From Bugula neritina (lineage: Eukaryota; Animalia; Bryozoa), in contig OZ037772.1 in assembly GCA_964035545.1 (NCBI GenBank), positions 13,018,818 to 13,082,817 of the forward strand: a stretch of 64,000 nucleotides of DNA. Direction: 5' to 3'. Under the pieces are notes generated by a model. It was not told where the DNA came from. It saw nothing but the letters and a program-made list of their open reading frames with translations, and ran no database searches. Every line of letters starts with the position of its first letter. Position 1 is the first letter of the stretch. A program made the translations under genes and the position numbers. Positions 1 through 16,425 of this stretch are shown here, piece after piece.

Positions 1-125
1 CGAGCAAGGTCTATTTTGTGCGAGAGATCTGAAGCTAAGGTCAGCTATATGCTGCTATACTAACTCATACTGACATTTATCACTAACCAAAGAGGCACTC
101 CACGTTTGCACCATAACGGTGACAT
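1..125 (-). CDS. Possible 5' end of a divergently transcribed gene (exons 125-88 and 34-1, runs off window); MSPLWCKRGVPLCFRSLAQNRPCS, resembles a mitochondrial targeting peptide
   Basis: Minus-strand ATG at 125, GTTAGT donor at 87, CTGAC..TTAG acceptor at 35 (53-nt intron), frame open to the window edge; R/S/L-rich with no acidic residues. Too short to verify. Confidence 0.25.
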
Positions 126-654
126 TGAGTGTTCTATCGTCTACAAGGTGAGTTACTGATACGACTAACTACTAAACTAGTACTAGTAGTTATACTAAAA
201 GTCAAACTTAAAAACTAACATTAACAGCCGGGAAACTAAAATTCACGCGATAGCAAATTAAAATAAACTAAAACTTGAAGTTGAATTCATAATGATGAGA
301 ATTGTTAATTCTTGTTGATCTTCATCTTGATCTTGTGATGGAGGGTAGTTCAGTTCAGTTTGGGAGAGTTTCCCACTAAGAACCCCTGGAGTTTCCGTGT
401 ACTAAATAACCATAGGCCTACTCATACTGATACTAAAAGTAAATGCATAAAATATAAGTGTAAGAATAATATTAATTATAAGAATAATAATAATATCAAT
501 TTCAAATTTACTTATTTTAATTTAGGTCTCAGAGTGAGACTGAGAGTCCGTCTCAGTCTGAAGCAAAATGGAAACTAAAAGTAAAAGTAAATCTACTACG
601 AGTACGACAACTACTACCTTCAACCGTTGAGTAAAATTCACAGCCTTGTAGTAA

Positions 655-885
655 ATCATTGGTAATCGGCATTGCTGAACTAGCTTTTACCCAAACTTTT
701 AACATCCTTGAAGTTTCACACGTCCGTTGCCGCGGAAAGCTAAAGCCACAGCAACAGCTGCTTGAGTTTTAGCCACATGAGCCTTAACCTTGAACTTAAT
801 AAGCGGAAGTTCTTTAGGCCACGTTTGTTTACAGCGTAGAATTAGCCAATAATAATTAGACAAATAGGCTTGATCAGCCAATCAG
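655..885 (+). promoter_or_regulatory. BiP promoter region with CCAAT boxes and a CCACG motif (UPR-type half-elements)
   Basis: ATTGG 658-662, CCACGT 819-824, CCAAT 846-850 and 878-882, upstream of a probable non-coding exon ending at 1031 (GTAAGT donor 1032; TTGCAG acceptor 2019). No canonical CCAAT-N9-CCACG spacing. Confidence 0.4.
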
Positions 886-2080
886 TTACTTACAAGTTGT
901 CGACCGGTATTACTATTGTAAATCTTCTTTCTCGCTACTCATTCATTGATTAGAAAGTTGGTTATTGTCACGAATCACCATTTTGTTCTACAGAAACGAT
1001 CGACTATTTTTCTTCGTCGTCGTGATACCTGGTAAGTGTTTTTGATAGTTATTTATCATAATTCAATATGCAGGTTTCAGTTTTTGTAAGATAGAAATCG
1101 TAATCTGCATGCGGATGTTCCCTGTCAATGAGCTGTGAGTGTGACAGTTTGAGAATGAGATTCAGATTCAGATTGGTTGAGATTCAGATACACTCGTTCA
1201 GGTTGACTTTGAGTTTGAAGTTTATGGAATATTAATATTTATTACATTTGAAAGCGTGTATAAATGTTAATATTTTTAGTTGTTTTGAATTTATTTATTG
1301 AGTGTGACTGTTCAAACTGAAACTTTGACTTTGAGTTGAACTCGGAACTGAAGTCTTGTTCAACTTTATGGTGAACTTGATCAGTTGGTTGAAGTTCTTA
1401 CGTTAATTCCATTGAGTTATCCTGAGTTCTTGAGTTACACAATTATCTATGTAATTAATACTATGGATATGAATAGAAGTTTTATTTTAGGTCACTTAAA
1501 TTTGTTACATTCACATTGTCATTGTGATGGATACTAAATTTAATAATTATTATATTAATAAAATCGAATGCTTTTTTGGTTATGTTATTCAAATTACCTG
1601 CAATAAACATGTTAGCAGACTGGTCAAAAGTTTTTTGCCTATTGAGCTTGAAATATCTTAATCCAGTCCCAGCAATTCAAATGTCAAACTCAATTTATTT
1701 TTAGCAATCTTTGACACAGGGAAACCACAGTTAAATTGCAAGTAATTTTGTAATGGCAAAATGAAATGTACACATAAATCTTTTAGGCTTAGAGTGAAAT
1801 AAATAATGGTAATAATTAATTGTCAAAAGTGGAATGGTTTATTATCAAAAACTTATTTACTACTTTATTAAGTTTTTCCAATGAATTTCATCTTTTAAAT
1901 ATACTGGAGTAGCTAGATTTTTCATGTGGTGATATGTTTTGGTATTCTGAAATCTGGGTATTTCCAATTGAAAGAATTTCAACCATTATTAATACAAATT
2001 GTCTTTTTTTCTGTTGCAGATAGAATTCTATATAAACAAAAGTGGTATTAAACTAAAATAACTAGGAAATTCAAGTAACA

Positions 2081-5757
<3,677 letters not shown>

Positions 5758-7027
5758 ATCTCACCTCACCCTCTCACTCACACTCTCTCTCTCCTTATTA
5801 TATATAATACAATATATCATTGTGCTGCAATATACAGACAGTCTAGTTGATATCATACGAGTAATGGTAGCTGGTGATACACCACATTCCGTCATTCACT
5901 GCTAACTACTCCACATTTGTGGACTGGAGTTGTCCACACTACGAGTGATCAGTTAATTAGATATTCATGTACAGAAATACCTCTCCTATTAACCAATTAA
6001 ACTATTATCTGTGTGCTATACTAATGTAACATGTAATTAGTAAATCATGCTATGTTTTAAAATCATGTGTATAGTTACCCATGGTTACTGGTCAGTCAGT
6101 CACTAAATAAATTATTTTGAACTCTGAATTAACAGTTCTTTTATTATTAGTACAACTACATGTAACATTGGCAGTGTCTTCTAGGAGGATGGCTTGTCCT
6201 TAAAACCAGCATAATTACTCAAAAATCCAAAAGAAATTTGTCTTGGAAGTTTTAATCTAAGCTATTTCTTGGTGCTTGTCATAATGGTGAGCAAATAAAT
6301 AGCCTAGGCCAACACCTGAGCATCAGTAAGCCCTGAATACTTCTCTTCTCTGCAGCAAATGTAACCAGTAATGCTGGGAGTTGCCCTCCCTATCTGTTCT
6401 TGAGCAGACCATGTATACTGTGGCTAAGCTAGAACACAATATTGCACTATTAAAGCATGTCTCAAAGACTTTCATTTCACTAAATTTGTAGTTGTAAATG
6501 GGCATACAAACTGCACATTCTATTGTAAAACAGTGCAACTTTTACTAGTGGAAACTATACAGCACGCCTAACAGGCCTAGTTGTTATGGCATTAATATAG
6601 GGTTGTACATGTATTACTATTGTATGGCAAACTAACTGTTTCCTATATTTTTTTCATATGATAAATAAAATGAACAAACGGTGTGTCACTGTCAAAAAGC
6701 CAATTCAACAGTCTTTCAAGTACCCCATTAACCTGTCTGTTATTGGTATTGAGGTTTAGAGTTACTGCAATACATACTACAGTATGCAGTGATTATACTG
6801 GCCATGCAGTGGTTAACTATGGTGTAGGCTAAGAAACTATGTTACTGTGGCTCTGCATTCTACTCAACTATCCCATAATGCTAACATTTACCCATGGTAA
6901 CAAACAACCTACAAATGAATGGTACAGTATGCATTGCACATAGTCAAGGCAGGGAAATGAATACTTGTATATGAACTGTGAACACATACTCCATGATACA
7001 ATTAATATAACTGCATGAATCAACATA

Positions 7028-7710
7028 ATATGATATGATATACTACATATGATATGATATACTACATATGACATGATATACTACATATGACATGATATAC
7101 TACATATGATATGATATACTAAGTATGATATGATATACTACATATAATATGATATACTACATATGATATGATATACTACATATGATATGATATACTACAT
7201 ATGACATGATATACTACATATAATATGATATACTACATATGATATGATATACTACATATGACATGATATACTACATATAATAATATCATACGTAGTATAT
7301 CATATCATGTGTAGTATATCATATTATGATATACTACATATGATATGATATACTACGTATGATATGATATACTACATATAATATGATATACTACATATGA
7401 TATGATATACTACATATGATATGATATACTACATATGACATGATATACTACATATAATATGATATACTACATATGATATGATATACTACATATGACATGA
7501 TATACTACATATAATAATATCATACGTAGTATATCATATCATGTGTAGTATATCATATTATGATATACTACATATGATATGATATACTACGTATGATATG
7601 ATATACTACATATAATATGATATACTACATATGATATGATATACTACATATGATATATGATATACTACACATGATATGATTTGATGTACTACATATATTA
7701 TATGATATAC
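7028..7710. repeat. AT-rich about 20-nt minisatellite (ATATGATATGATATACTAC) with two short inverted segments
   Basis: Direct reading; inverted blocks near 7285-7325 and 7515-7560. Confidence 0.9.
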
Positions 7711-7966
7711 AAAATATGGTTAAATTATAAAGAACTCCACTACTAAACAGCACCTTCTTTCTCCTAAACCATTTAGCTGCACATATTTGCAGAAAACATG
7801 AATCAACTAAATGCATGGTGTTCTTTATCTTCTTTATCCTTTTTATCAGTTGACATCATGAACTCTGTTTTTATATTTATAACTATTCAGCCAAATCATT
7901 CAACTGTGAAGAGAAACTTTATACTACTTGATTGAGCCAAGACTTGCGCCAATAAACTAACTCTGT

Positions 7967-7976
7967 GGGAAAACCC
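7967..7976 (+). promoter_or_regulatory. Candidate Rel/NF-kB (Dorsal-type GGGWWWWCCM) site upstream of IAP copy 1
   Basis: GGGAAAACCC about 200 bp before ATG 8173; same motif at 32533-32542 before copy 3. Confidence 0.35.
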
Positions 7977-8172
7977 ATGCTGAGTAATAAGTCCACATGT
8001 TTTGACACAGTCAAGAAAATAGTAACCTAGTCAACATTTCTCAGAGTATATATTTAATAATGAACATTGAACTGCTTCTTTATCTCGAATCATTTAGCTG
8101 AGTAGCCTGTCACTAGAAACACGGTATTATAACACTAGCTGAAACTAAACTCATACATACAAGTTTATTACA

Positions 8173-11100
8173 ATGGCAGAATCTAATATGTTCAGAATGG
8201 AGGTCAATCAGGTATGTTCTCTTCTTTAGTAATATTCTACCTGCAGTATACACATACATACATTATTTAGTGATATTCTACCTGCAGTATACACATACAT
8301 ACATTATTTAGTAATATTCTACCTGCAGTATACACATACATACATTATTTAGTGATATTCTACCTGCAGTATACACATACATACATTATTTAGTGATATT
8401 TTACCTGTAAAGAGAGAAGTAGGTGCAGTAATGGAGAAATTGAGAAAAGCCTGTGTTCTAGATTAGAAATGTAAAACAAGAAGTTATGTTCTTGCAAGAA
8501 TTCCAACCCAAACCAAAATTTATAAAGACATTTAAAGAACTTAGGCTATCTTAATTTCTCCACTAATGTACCTAAAAGTAAATGTAAAGGGAAACACATT
8601 TGCATGTGACTGACTTGTGCAATGGTTTCACGTCTATGCAAAAATTTACAATATGTATATGTAGCATGAAAACTTGGTCTAAGTTGTAACCTTAAAAGAT
8701 TTCTAAAATCTGTCCAATAGAATGCTGACAAGTGACTGATAGCGACAATAGGATAATCTCAAATAATTCTATCAAAAGCTGACGTACCCTGTATTCTATT
8801 CAGGCAGGCAAACATAGCAGCATTGCATTATACGAGTAACAACTTGCTTTGCATTGTCCCACAATTAGTAGCACTGAAGTTCAGTTTTGTCTTTTATACA
8901 ATAGCGTATGATATAATATTGTTGTTGTATGTCAGAAAGGAGGCGAGTTTTAGACTTGCTTGTCTAAGCTTATAGCACCAGATCTAACTGATAACCAACT
9001 AACATGGCTAGTTATATTCTATGAGTCGTGAACCAGAATTGTTTATCTTTAGTTGGACCAAGATGGCTCGTTGAGTAGGGGAGACAACCTCCCACTGCAA
9101 GAATCGTCCAGCAGTTCAACAAATCAACTGCCAGAAATAGAAGTTGAGAATTTGAGTCATTCCTTTCTCAAAGAGCTCCCTCCGGAGGACAAGCAGTTGA
9201 AGACGGTTGATGTGCAGTCAAAAGACTTGTCTCAGCAACTTCTGAAACAGTTTGACTGCACATTGGAGAGAAGCTCCCCCACCTTCAGCGCAGTCTCTCT
9301 AGCTAAGTGTGGTTTTGTCATGTACAGAAAGTCAAGTAGTGTAATTTGCCCAAACTGTAAGTTAGAAGTTGAGTTACCTTCACAATATATAAACATGCTG
9401 TCTGTCCACTTAGTATTCAGTCCCTCGTGTAGACTAGCTGCAGCACTCTATGACCAACAGACAAGGATCTCCTCCCTCTCAACCAGCAGACGTACAGCTG
9501 AACACGGTGAGTCATCAGCTTATTAAAAGTATTTAAAAGTAAACAAATTTCAAAGTGTAAATGTTACAGAAATGAAATTAACTCATAACACATTTTTTTA
9601 CTGATTGAATAATAGTTGAAAAATAAATTATAAATAATATATTGTTTTGATCTTCTAACATTTATAGGCAGTAAACTTAAACATTAGAAAACCTATAACA
9701 CTCAAACTCTTAGAGGTAGAAGTTTCATTTTTTCTATTTTTATCGGACTTTGGTTAGTCTTGTAGAAGGATTAAATTCATTTGTAAACATATGTTATAAT
9801 GTCTTCTTAGGGCTTGGAAACATAAACTTTCCCGAGCCTATGAACCACAGAGTTATAGATGGTAGAGGAGGTGTACAAGACAGCCTTCCTCCCACAGAAC
9901 AGGAACTACATGCAAAACTTTTACAGCTTTTAGAAAGCTTGTAAGCTCTTCATAGCACCTGACCCATCAATTAGCTGATTGCTTAGTACTGATGACTATA
10001 ACTCAATTCTATTAGTTACTATAGGTTTTATATTTTACTAGGATCTAAGGAGCTTAATTTATATTTTTCCAGAGACCAGAGCAACCTGCAAGCTGTTGAG
10101 AAAGAAATACAGCTTCCGAGATATCAAGATGCTTTCACTGTTGAAAGAAGCAGAACAGAAACATTTTCTAACATTTCATCTGCAAAAAAACAAACTACTA
10201 ACTTCCTTTCCTCAAAAGGTCTTTATCTGCAAGGTAAATAATTTAGTTAACAGTGATGTTGATAATCATATTTAGACAACTAATATCTTGCAACAATATA
10301 TGGAATTATAATTTTACCACAAGGTGGCAATCTAAGATATTGTCTGTAGAGCACAAAGCCACTGACTGCTATAAACAGTATATTTTATTTACCTATAATC
10401 AATGCCTTGTAACCCCAATTAATACTATCTATATAGCCAATATACAATTTTACAATTGTATGACACTGCAAAAACTCACTCTGTAAGTTGAAATGCAATT
10501 ATTGCATTGGATTTTGAGAAAGTATACCCAGGCAACTTACTTGAGAGCAAAAACCATATTGATATGAGCATTCTACACAGTCTTATAGTTTATATTTCAA
10601 AGATTTACGATTGAATATTCTCAATCTTACAGCACTTACATATATGTATCAATTATTCATAGAGATATTGTTTTTGACAGGCAAAAAGATTAAGTGTCAG
10701 TTCTGCAACTTCAGCAAAGACTTGAGACAGGAAATGCTAACTGCTGGTCCAGCTGCGATGGCTTTACACAGGGAGCATCTTGAGAATCAGTGCCGATTTC
10801 TAATTGGTAATTACTAAATTAATATTTCACAAGATTCGTGTACCAAAGTTGCTGATTTTGTTAAGAGCTTCCAGCAGGATGTAGGAATAAAGGTACTTAC
10901 ATATGTAGGTTCAGAGCCAACAGAGAACATTCCGAACATCTTTAATGGAATAAACTTTGATCCAATAACCAAACCCAGTCAGCTACAAGGTCCACGTGAT
11001 TTTCCAGCCAATGAAGGAAAACTAAACTCAGGTATTTTGCTCTAAAATTTTCAGCTCAGCTCTTTCTTTCATTTATATGCAAAATTTATTTAACAAGCTT

Positions 11101-13038
11101 TTGTTGTTGATAATTACAAGAACTTGTAGATTTGCAGACAAGCAGTATTACTGCTGAAACCGAGTCCGTCTCCAATTCAAGGAACATAAGTGTCTCATTC
11201 TCTCAGACTGACTTGGGCAACCTCGGCATCAACGTGAATTTGTCGGAACATCCGGAGATGGCTGTGACGTCACGGAGATTGGCCTCCTTCCTGACGTACC
11301 CGTACAAGTCAGCTAAACATCCTGAGCAGCTGGTGGAAGGAGGATACTTCTATTCTGGTATCCCATCTGTTTCTAGTCTGAAGTGTGTGCTCTGGTCATT
11401 AGAGAGTAGACTGGGGCTACTTCTATCCTAGTTTGATTGTCTAAAATATTTTGTGATTTCAGTGATTTCAAAGATTTTACTACTTCCACTAAAAAGATGC
11501 ATTCTATACATGTCAGATCATGCCACAGTATACTTAGTTGATAGGTACATGATTATTTCCAGTGCAAGTTTCAGAAGCTTTCTGCTTGACTCGAATCATC
11601 AATTTGATTAAAATATTGATTAGATTTTTGATTTATTAATTAATTTCTCCTTTTATGAAAATGAAAAGTGTAAGTAAATGTTTTATTTCGGGATAATGAA
11701 CTAGTTATAGTGTTTCCTTATCAAACTGCACATTGAGTTGTGCTGACAAGCTTTCACTGTAGGAGACGGTGAAAGTGTGACGTGCTACTCCTGTGGAATA
11801 GTGTCATCTGGTTGGACGTTTAGATGTGATATTTTTAATCGTCACGCGAGGAGTTCTCCCACCTGTGCTCACATTATCTCCACCAGAGGGCAGCAGTTTG
11901 TTGATGATGTTCTGGCAGAGTTTGGTTCCTACCATTCTAGACCAGCTGAGGATAAGATTACCGTGAGTTTATTCTAATATATAATATAGTATAATATAAT
12001 ATAATATAGTATAATATAATATAATATAGTATAATGTAATATGATATAGTATAGTATAATATAATATAATATTTATATAGTATAATATAACATGATATAA
12101 TATACGAGTAGTATAATATAATATAGTATAATATAACATGATATAATATAATATAGTATAGTATAGTATAATATTGTATAATATAATATAATATTTATAG
12201 TATAATATAATATAATATAATATGATATAATATAATATAGTATAATGTAATATTTATACTTCCTGTTGACTAGACGGTAACGAATAGAATGCTCAGACCC
12301 CGAATGGACTCAATACCAGTACAGAAAACTCTGGATATGGGCATCTCTAGTCAGGCGGTCAGGGCGGTGGTGGCAAAGAGAATTAAGGTGGACTTTATTT
12401 TATAGTTTGGATTTCTAATATTTTTTCTATTATTGTCAGAAAATTGCAGTTTAAAAGTTTAATTACAACCATCATGTAAGAGATAAGCACTAGTGGATTT
12501 ATCTGTATATAATATTTACTGATGTTTCTGGTTACCTTAGAAAGGAGCGCCAGATTTCAAGTACATCTCGGAGATAGTACAGGAAGTGAAAGAGCTGAAT
12601 GTTCCGGAAGTTCAGTTGGGAGAAGCCGGAAATACTTCTGTTGTGTTACCTAAAGTACTGAACCTACCAGAATCTGTGAGTGACAGAGAAGAGGAAGTGA
12701 TGTCATCAGCAGACGTGCAGATGGATGAATCAGCTGAACAGAGTAGCCATGTGGAGGACAGAACAAACTCAACAGTTGAAGTGGATAATAAAGAAGGTAG
12801 GATTCATATTCTTAGTGCATAAACTTATTGTAAACTACTACATTCTGCTGCTGTAACATGATGGCTTGCTTTTCATCTTATCATTAGTTGTTAACGTATT
12901 ATAATAGTTATATATATTGTTACAGTAGTTTTGATATGTATAGTAATACAGAAGAAGTGTATAGATACAGGGGTGAATATAGATACAGGAGTGGATATAG
13001 ATACAGGGGTGTGTTTTATAGATACAGAGGTGTACACA

Positions 13039-13111
<73 letters not shown>

Positions 13112-13947
13112 TTGTAGTTATAACTTAACTATAATTTTCAACTTTCAGCTCTTTGAACTACCTATAAGATGATTTATAATGTATTTGTAATGAAAACCCA
13201 TTGAGTTACAGTCCAAAGCACAGGTTTCTGCTCTCATGTAGTGAAGGTACAAAAGAGTTTAGTTGTACAGGAAGCAAAGGCCTCTCATTTTAACACAAAG
13301 TGGTGCTAACAAGATTGTTTCACTTTCAGTAGTTGCAGACGTCAGAACGGAGGCGACTCAACTAAAGTCTGAACTTCTCTGTAAAGTGTGTATGACGGAA
13401 GCTGTGTCTATGATATTCCTGCCTTGCTCACATCTCGGTAAGTCTGTACTGTAGCAGTGTACGTACTGTAGTAGTGTATGTACTGTAGCAGTTTATGTAC
13501 TGTAGTAGTGTATCTACTGTAGCGGTGCATGTACTGTAGCGGTGCACGTACTGTAGCGGTGTACGTACTGTAGCAGTGTACGTACTGTAGCAGTATACGT
13601 ACTGTAGCAGTGTACGTACGTACTGTAGCAGTGTATGTACTGTAGCAGTGTATGTACTGTAGCAGTGTATGTACTGTAGCAGTGTATGTACTGTAGCAGT
13701 GTATGTACTGTAGTAGTGTATGTACTGTAGCAGTTTATGTACTGTAGTAGTGTATGTACTGTAGCAGTGTAGTGTATGGCTATACGTACTATTATACACA
13801 TTGATCAGAGAGACACATATTTTACTGTTAACACTGCTGCCTCTGTTTACAGCCTGCTGCTCTATTTGCACCACCGCCATGGTGAACTGTCCACTGTGTA
13901 GAAAGGATGTGGTTGGAACCATCAAGATCAAGTTCTGTGGCAGATAA
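8173..13947 (+). CDS. Inhibitor-of-apoptosis protein copy 1 (3xBIR-UBA-RING, about 677 aa); exons 8173-8211, 9053-9506, 9811-9940, 10073-10233, 10681-10806, 10909-11031, 11130-11357, 11763-11962, 12274-12387, 12541-12796, 13330-13437, 13853-13947
   Basis: BIR1 LAKCGF..CPNC-x16-H-x6-C; degenerate BIR2; BIR3 RRLASF..LVEGGYFYSG..CYSC-x16-H-x6-C; UBA-like VQKTLDMGISSQAVRAVV..FKYISEIVQEV; RING CKVC..FLPCSHLACCSIC..CPLCR; phases sum to 2034 nt. Confidence 0.9.
8225..8408 (+). repeat. 41-nt tandem repeat (about 4.5 units) just after the first IAP-1 donor
   Basis: TTTAGTGATATTCTACCTGCAGTATACACATACATACATTA; only a single partial unit at the paralogous site near 32793. Confidence 0.9.
13446..13778 (+). 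repeat. 17-nt tandem repeat TACTGTAGCAGTGTATG in the RING intron of IAP-1
   Basis: Direct reading; same repeat at 26967-27400 in copy 2. Confidence 0.92.
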
Positions 13948-13990
13948 CCTTGGCAGAATTTACCAAGTGTGCTGCTGCTTCTGTTTACAG

Positions 13991-14076
13991 CGTGCTGTTC
14001 GGTCTGCTCAGCTGCCATGGTGAGCTGTCCACTGTGCAGAAAGGACGTGGTGGGAACCATCAAGATAAGCTTTTAG
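13991..14076 (+). CDS. Duplicated alternative terminal RING exon of IAP-1 (ACCSVCSAAMVSCPLCRKDVVGTIKISF*)
   Basis: 138-bp tandem duplicate of 13853-13947 with intact CTGTTTACAG acceptor, same phase, open frame and stop. Confidence 0.65.
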
Positions 14077-14609
14077 ATATATTTAACTGCAACACACTTG
14101 CCGTTAGCTACTCAGTGGCTCTAATATGGTGCTGAAAAATATTATTTTGTTTAAATTATTGTATGTATATAAATGACAGTATAAGATTAACTTTAGCTCC
14201 CACCTGCATAGATTGACTGCATGAGGGAGTATTAGTTGAAGTAATATTCTACATGATAAACGTCCCATAATATACTATAGTATGATCGAGTGTGCTACAC
14301 TTAGCTGAGACAAGACTTGGAGCGCTGCTCCTCTATTACTTGGAACTAAAGGGACAATATTTAAGTAATACTCAAATATGTATGATGATTAACAAAGAAC
14401 AGAGGATATGAAGATCCAGAGCTCATGTCCAGCTTAACTTACTATAAACTATGTAGCTGCTCTGGATAAGAGCTTCTTGACCCTGAAATGTACAGCTACT
14501 ATATAAAACCTGTGAGGTGGTTATAGGGCTACTTGGCGAACTCTCCACCTAAAAAAAGAGTAACGCACCGAGTGTCTACCTCCAGGGTGGTGTGGAAATG
14601 ACACAAGTA

Positions 14610-14892
14610 TGCAGGGTGTACACGGTGTACAGGGTGCCCAGGGTGCCCACGGTGTACAGTGTGTACAGGGTGTACAGGGTGAACATGGCGTACATGATGT
14701 ACATGGTGTATACGGTGTATACGGTGTATACAGTGCCCACAATGTACATGGTGTACAGGGTGTACACGGTTTGCACGGTGTACACCCTGTACACCCTGTA
14801 CACGGTGTACATAGTGTACAGGGCGAACAAGGAGTGTACATGGTGTACAGGGTGAGCAAGGAGTGTACAAGGAGTGTACAAGGAGTGTACAG
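14610..14892. repeat. Degenerate 9-nt repeat (GGTGTACAS)
   Basis: Gives low-complexity ORFs in most frames. Confidence 0.9.
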
Positions 14893-15027
14893 CTACTTTA
14901 TATTTTTAAAGAATTTAAAGTGCAAATGTTGTTTATTAACTTGCAAACTTATGATCCATTGGCCTAATTTTCATAATTATTTTATATTGCTTCGGAGAAG
15001 GTGCAACAGGAAACATTTAATATTATT

Positions 15028-15178
15028 GTACAGTAGTACAGTAGTACAGTAGTGCAGTAGTGCAGTAGTGCAGTAGTGCAGTAGTGCAGTAGTGCAGTAG
15101 CGCAGTAGCGCAGTAGCGCAGTAGCGCAGTAGCGCAGTAGCGCAGTAGCGCAGTAGCGCAGTAGCGCAGTTGTACAGT
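15028..15178. repeat. 8-nt repeat CAGTAGTG grading into CAGTAGCG
   Basis: Direct reading. Confidence 0.92.
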
Positions 15179-15654
15179 TGACATTGACAAACATGGGCAT
15201 TATTAGGATATTTTTATTTGTGCAGGTTTTATGAAAGCATTGAATTAGTAACTCTAACCTAGATGTGATTATTTTGATTTACACTTTCCCCATTTGATTT
15301 CCAGAGCACAAGAGTATATAATTATAATGAACACAGTACTACTTCTATGCTAGACTTTGCATTTCTGTTTAGCTCACAATTCTGTCTGAGTCTATTATAA
15401 TTTATCTCCAACAACAGATACGTTGATATTATTTTGAAACTGTATTGCTAAAGCATGTGATTATATAATTCTAGTAGTCTTCATATACGATAGAAGTACC
15501 TGTTTATTCTCGGTAATGGAGAAGTTAAGTGGCAATGAAGTGATCTGTTTACTGGCTCAGTATAAATTCAAAGGGAAATAAAGAATGGCAATAAGAAGTT
15601 ACACAGTAGTTACTTGATGGTTTCTTCTAGAAAAAGAGCTTTGCTGTATACAAT

Positions 15655-16425
15655 TTATTATAAATACTATAATATATTCCATTACATATACTATAATATA
15701 TTCCATTATAAATACTATAATATATTCCATTATATATACTAATATATTTCATTATATATACTAATATATTTCATTATATATACTAATATATTTCATTATA
15801 TATACTATAATATATTCCATTATAAATACTATAATATATTCCATTATATATACTAATATATTTCATTATATATACTATAATATATTCCATTATATATACT
15901 AATATATTTCATTATATATACTATAATATATTCCATTATAAATACTATAATATATTCCATTATATATACTATAATATATTTCATTATATATACTAATATA
16001 TTTCATTATATATACTAATATATTTCATTATATATACTAATATATTTCATTATATATACTAATATATTTCATTATATATACTAATATATTTCATTATATA
16101 TACTATAATATATTCCATTATATATACTATAATATATTCCATTATATATACTATAATATATTTCATTATATATACTAATATATTTCATTATATATACTAT
16201 AATATATTTCATTATATATACTAATATATTTCATTATATATACTATAATATATTTCATTATATATGCTATAATATATTTCATTATATATGCTATAATATA
16301 TTTCATTATATATACTATAATATATTTCATTATATATGCTATAATATATTTCATTATATATGCTATAATATATTTCATTATATATACTATAATATATTCC
16401 ATTAGATATACTATAATATATTTCA
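15655..16425. repeat. AT-rich 22-24-nt minisatellite TATATATACTATAATATATTTCAT
   Basis: Direct reading. Confidence 0.92.

Noticed and set aside
810-890. Canonical ERSE or UPRE in the BiP promoter
   Set aside because: CCAAT and CCACG are present but not in CCAAT-N9-CCACG, ATTGG-N-CCACG or TGACGTGG arrangement.
13327-13332. CAGTAG NAGNAG acceptor before the RING exon in all three IAPs
   Set aside because: Common feature with a one-residue effect; conservation is explained by recent homogenisation.
13428-14063. Minus-strand ORFs with YSTYTATVHTLLQ repeats (also 26879-27442)
   Set aside because: Antisense translation of the 17-nt intronic repeat and RING exons.
14521-15052. Collagen-like (VQG/VHG)n and Cys-Thr-Pro ORFs
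   Set aside because: Translations of a 9-nt repeat open in most frames; no exon context.
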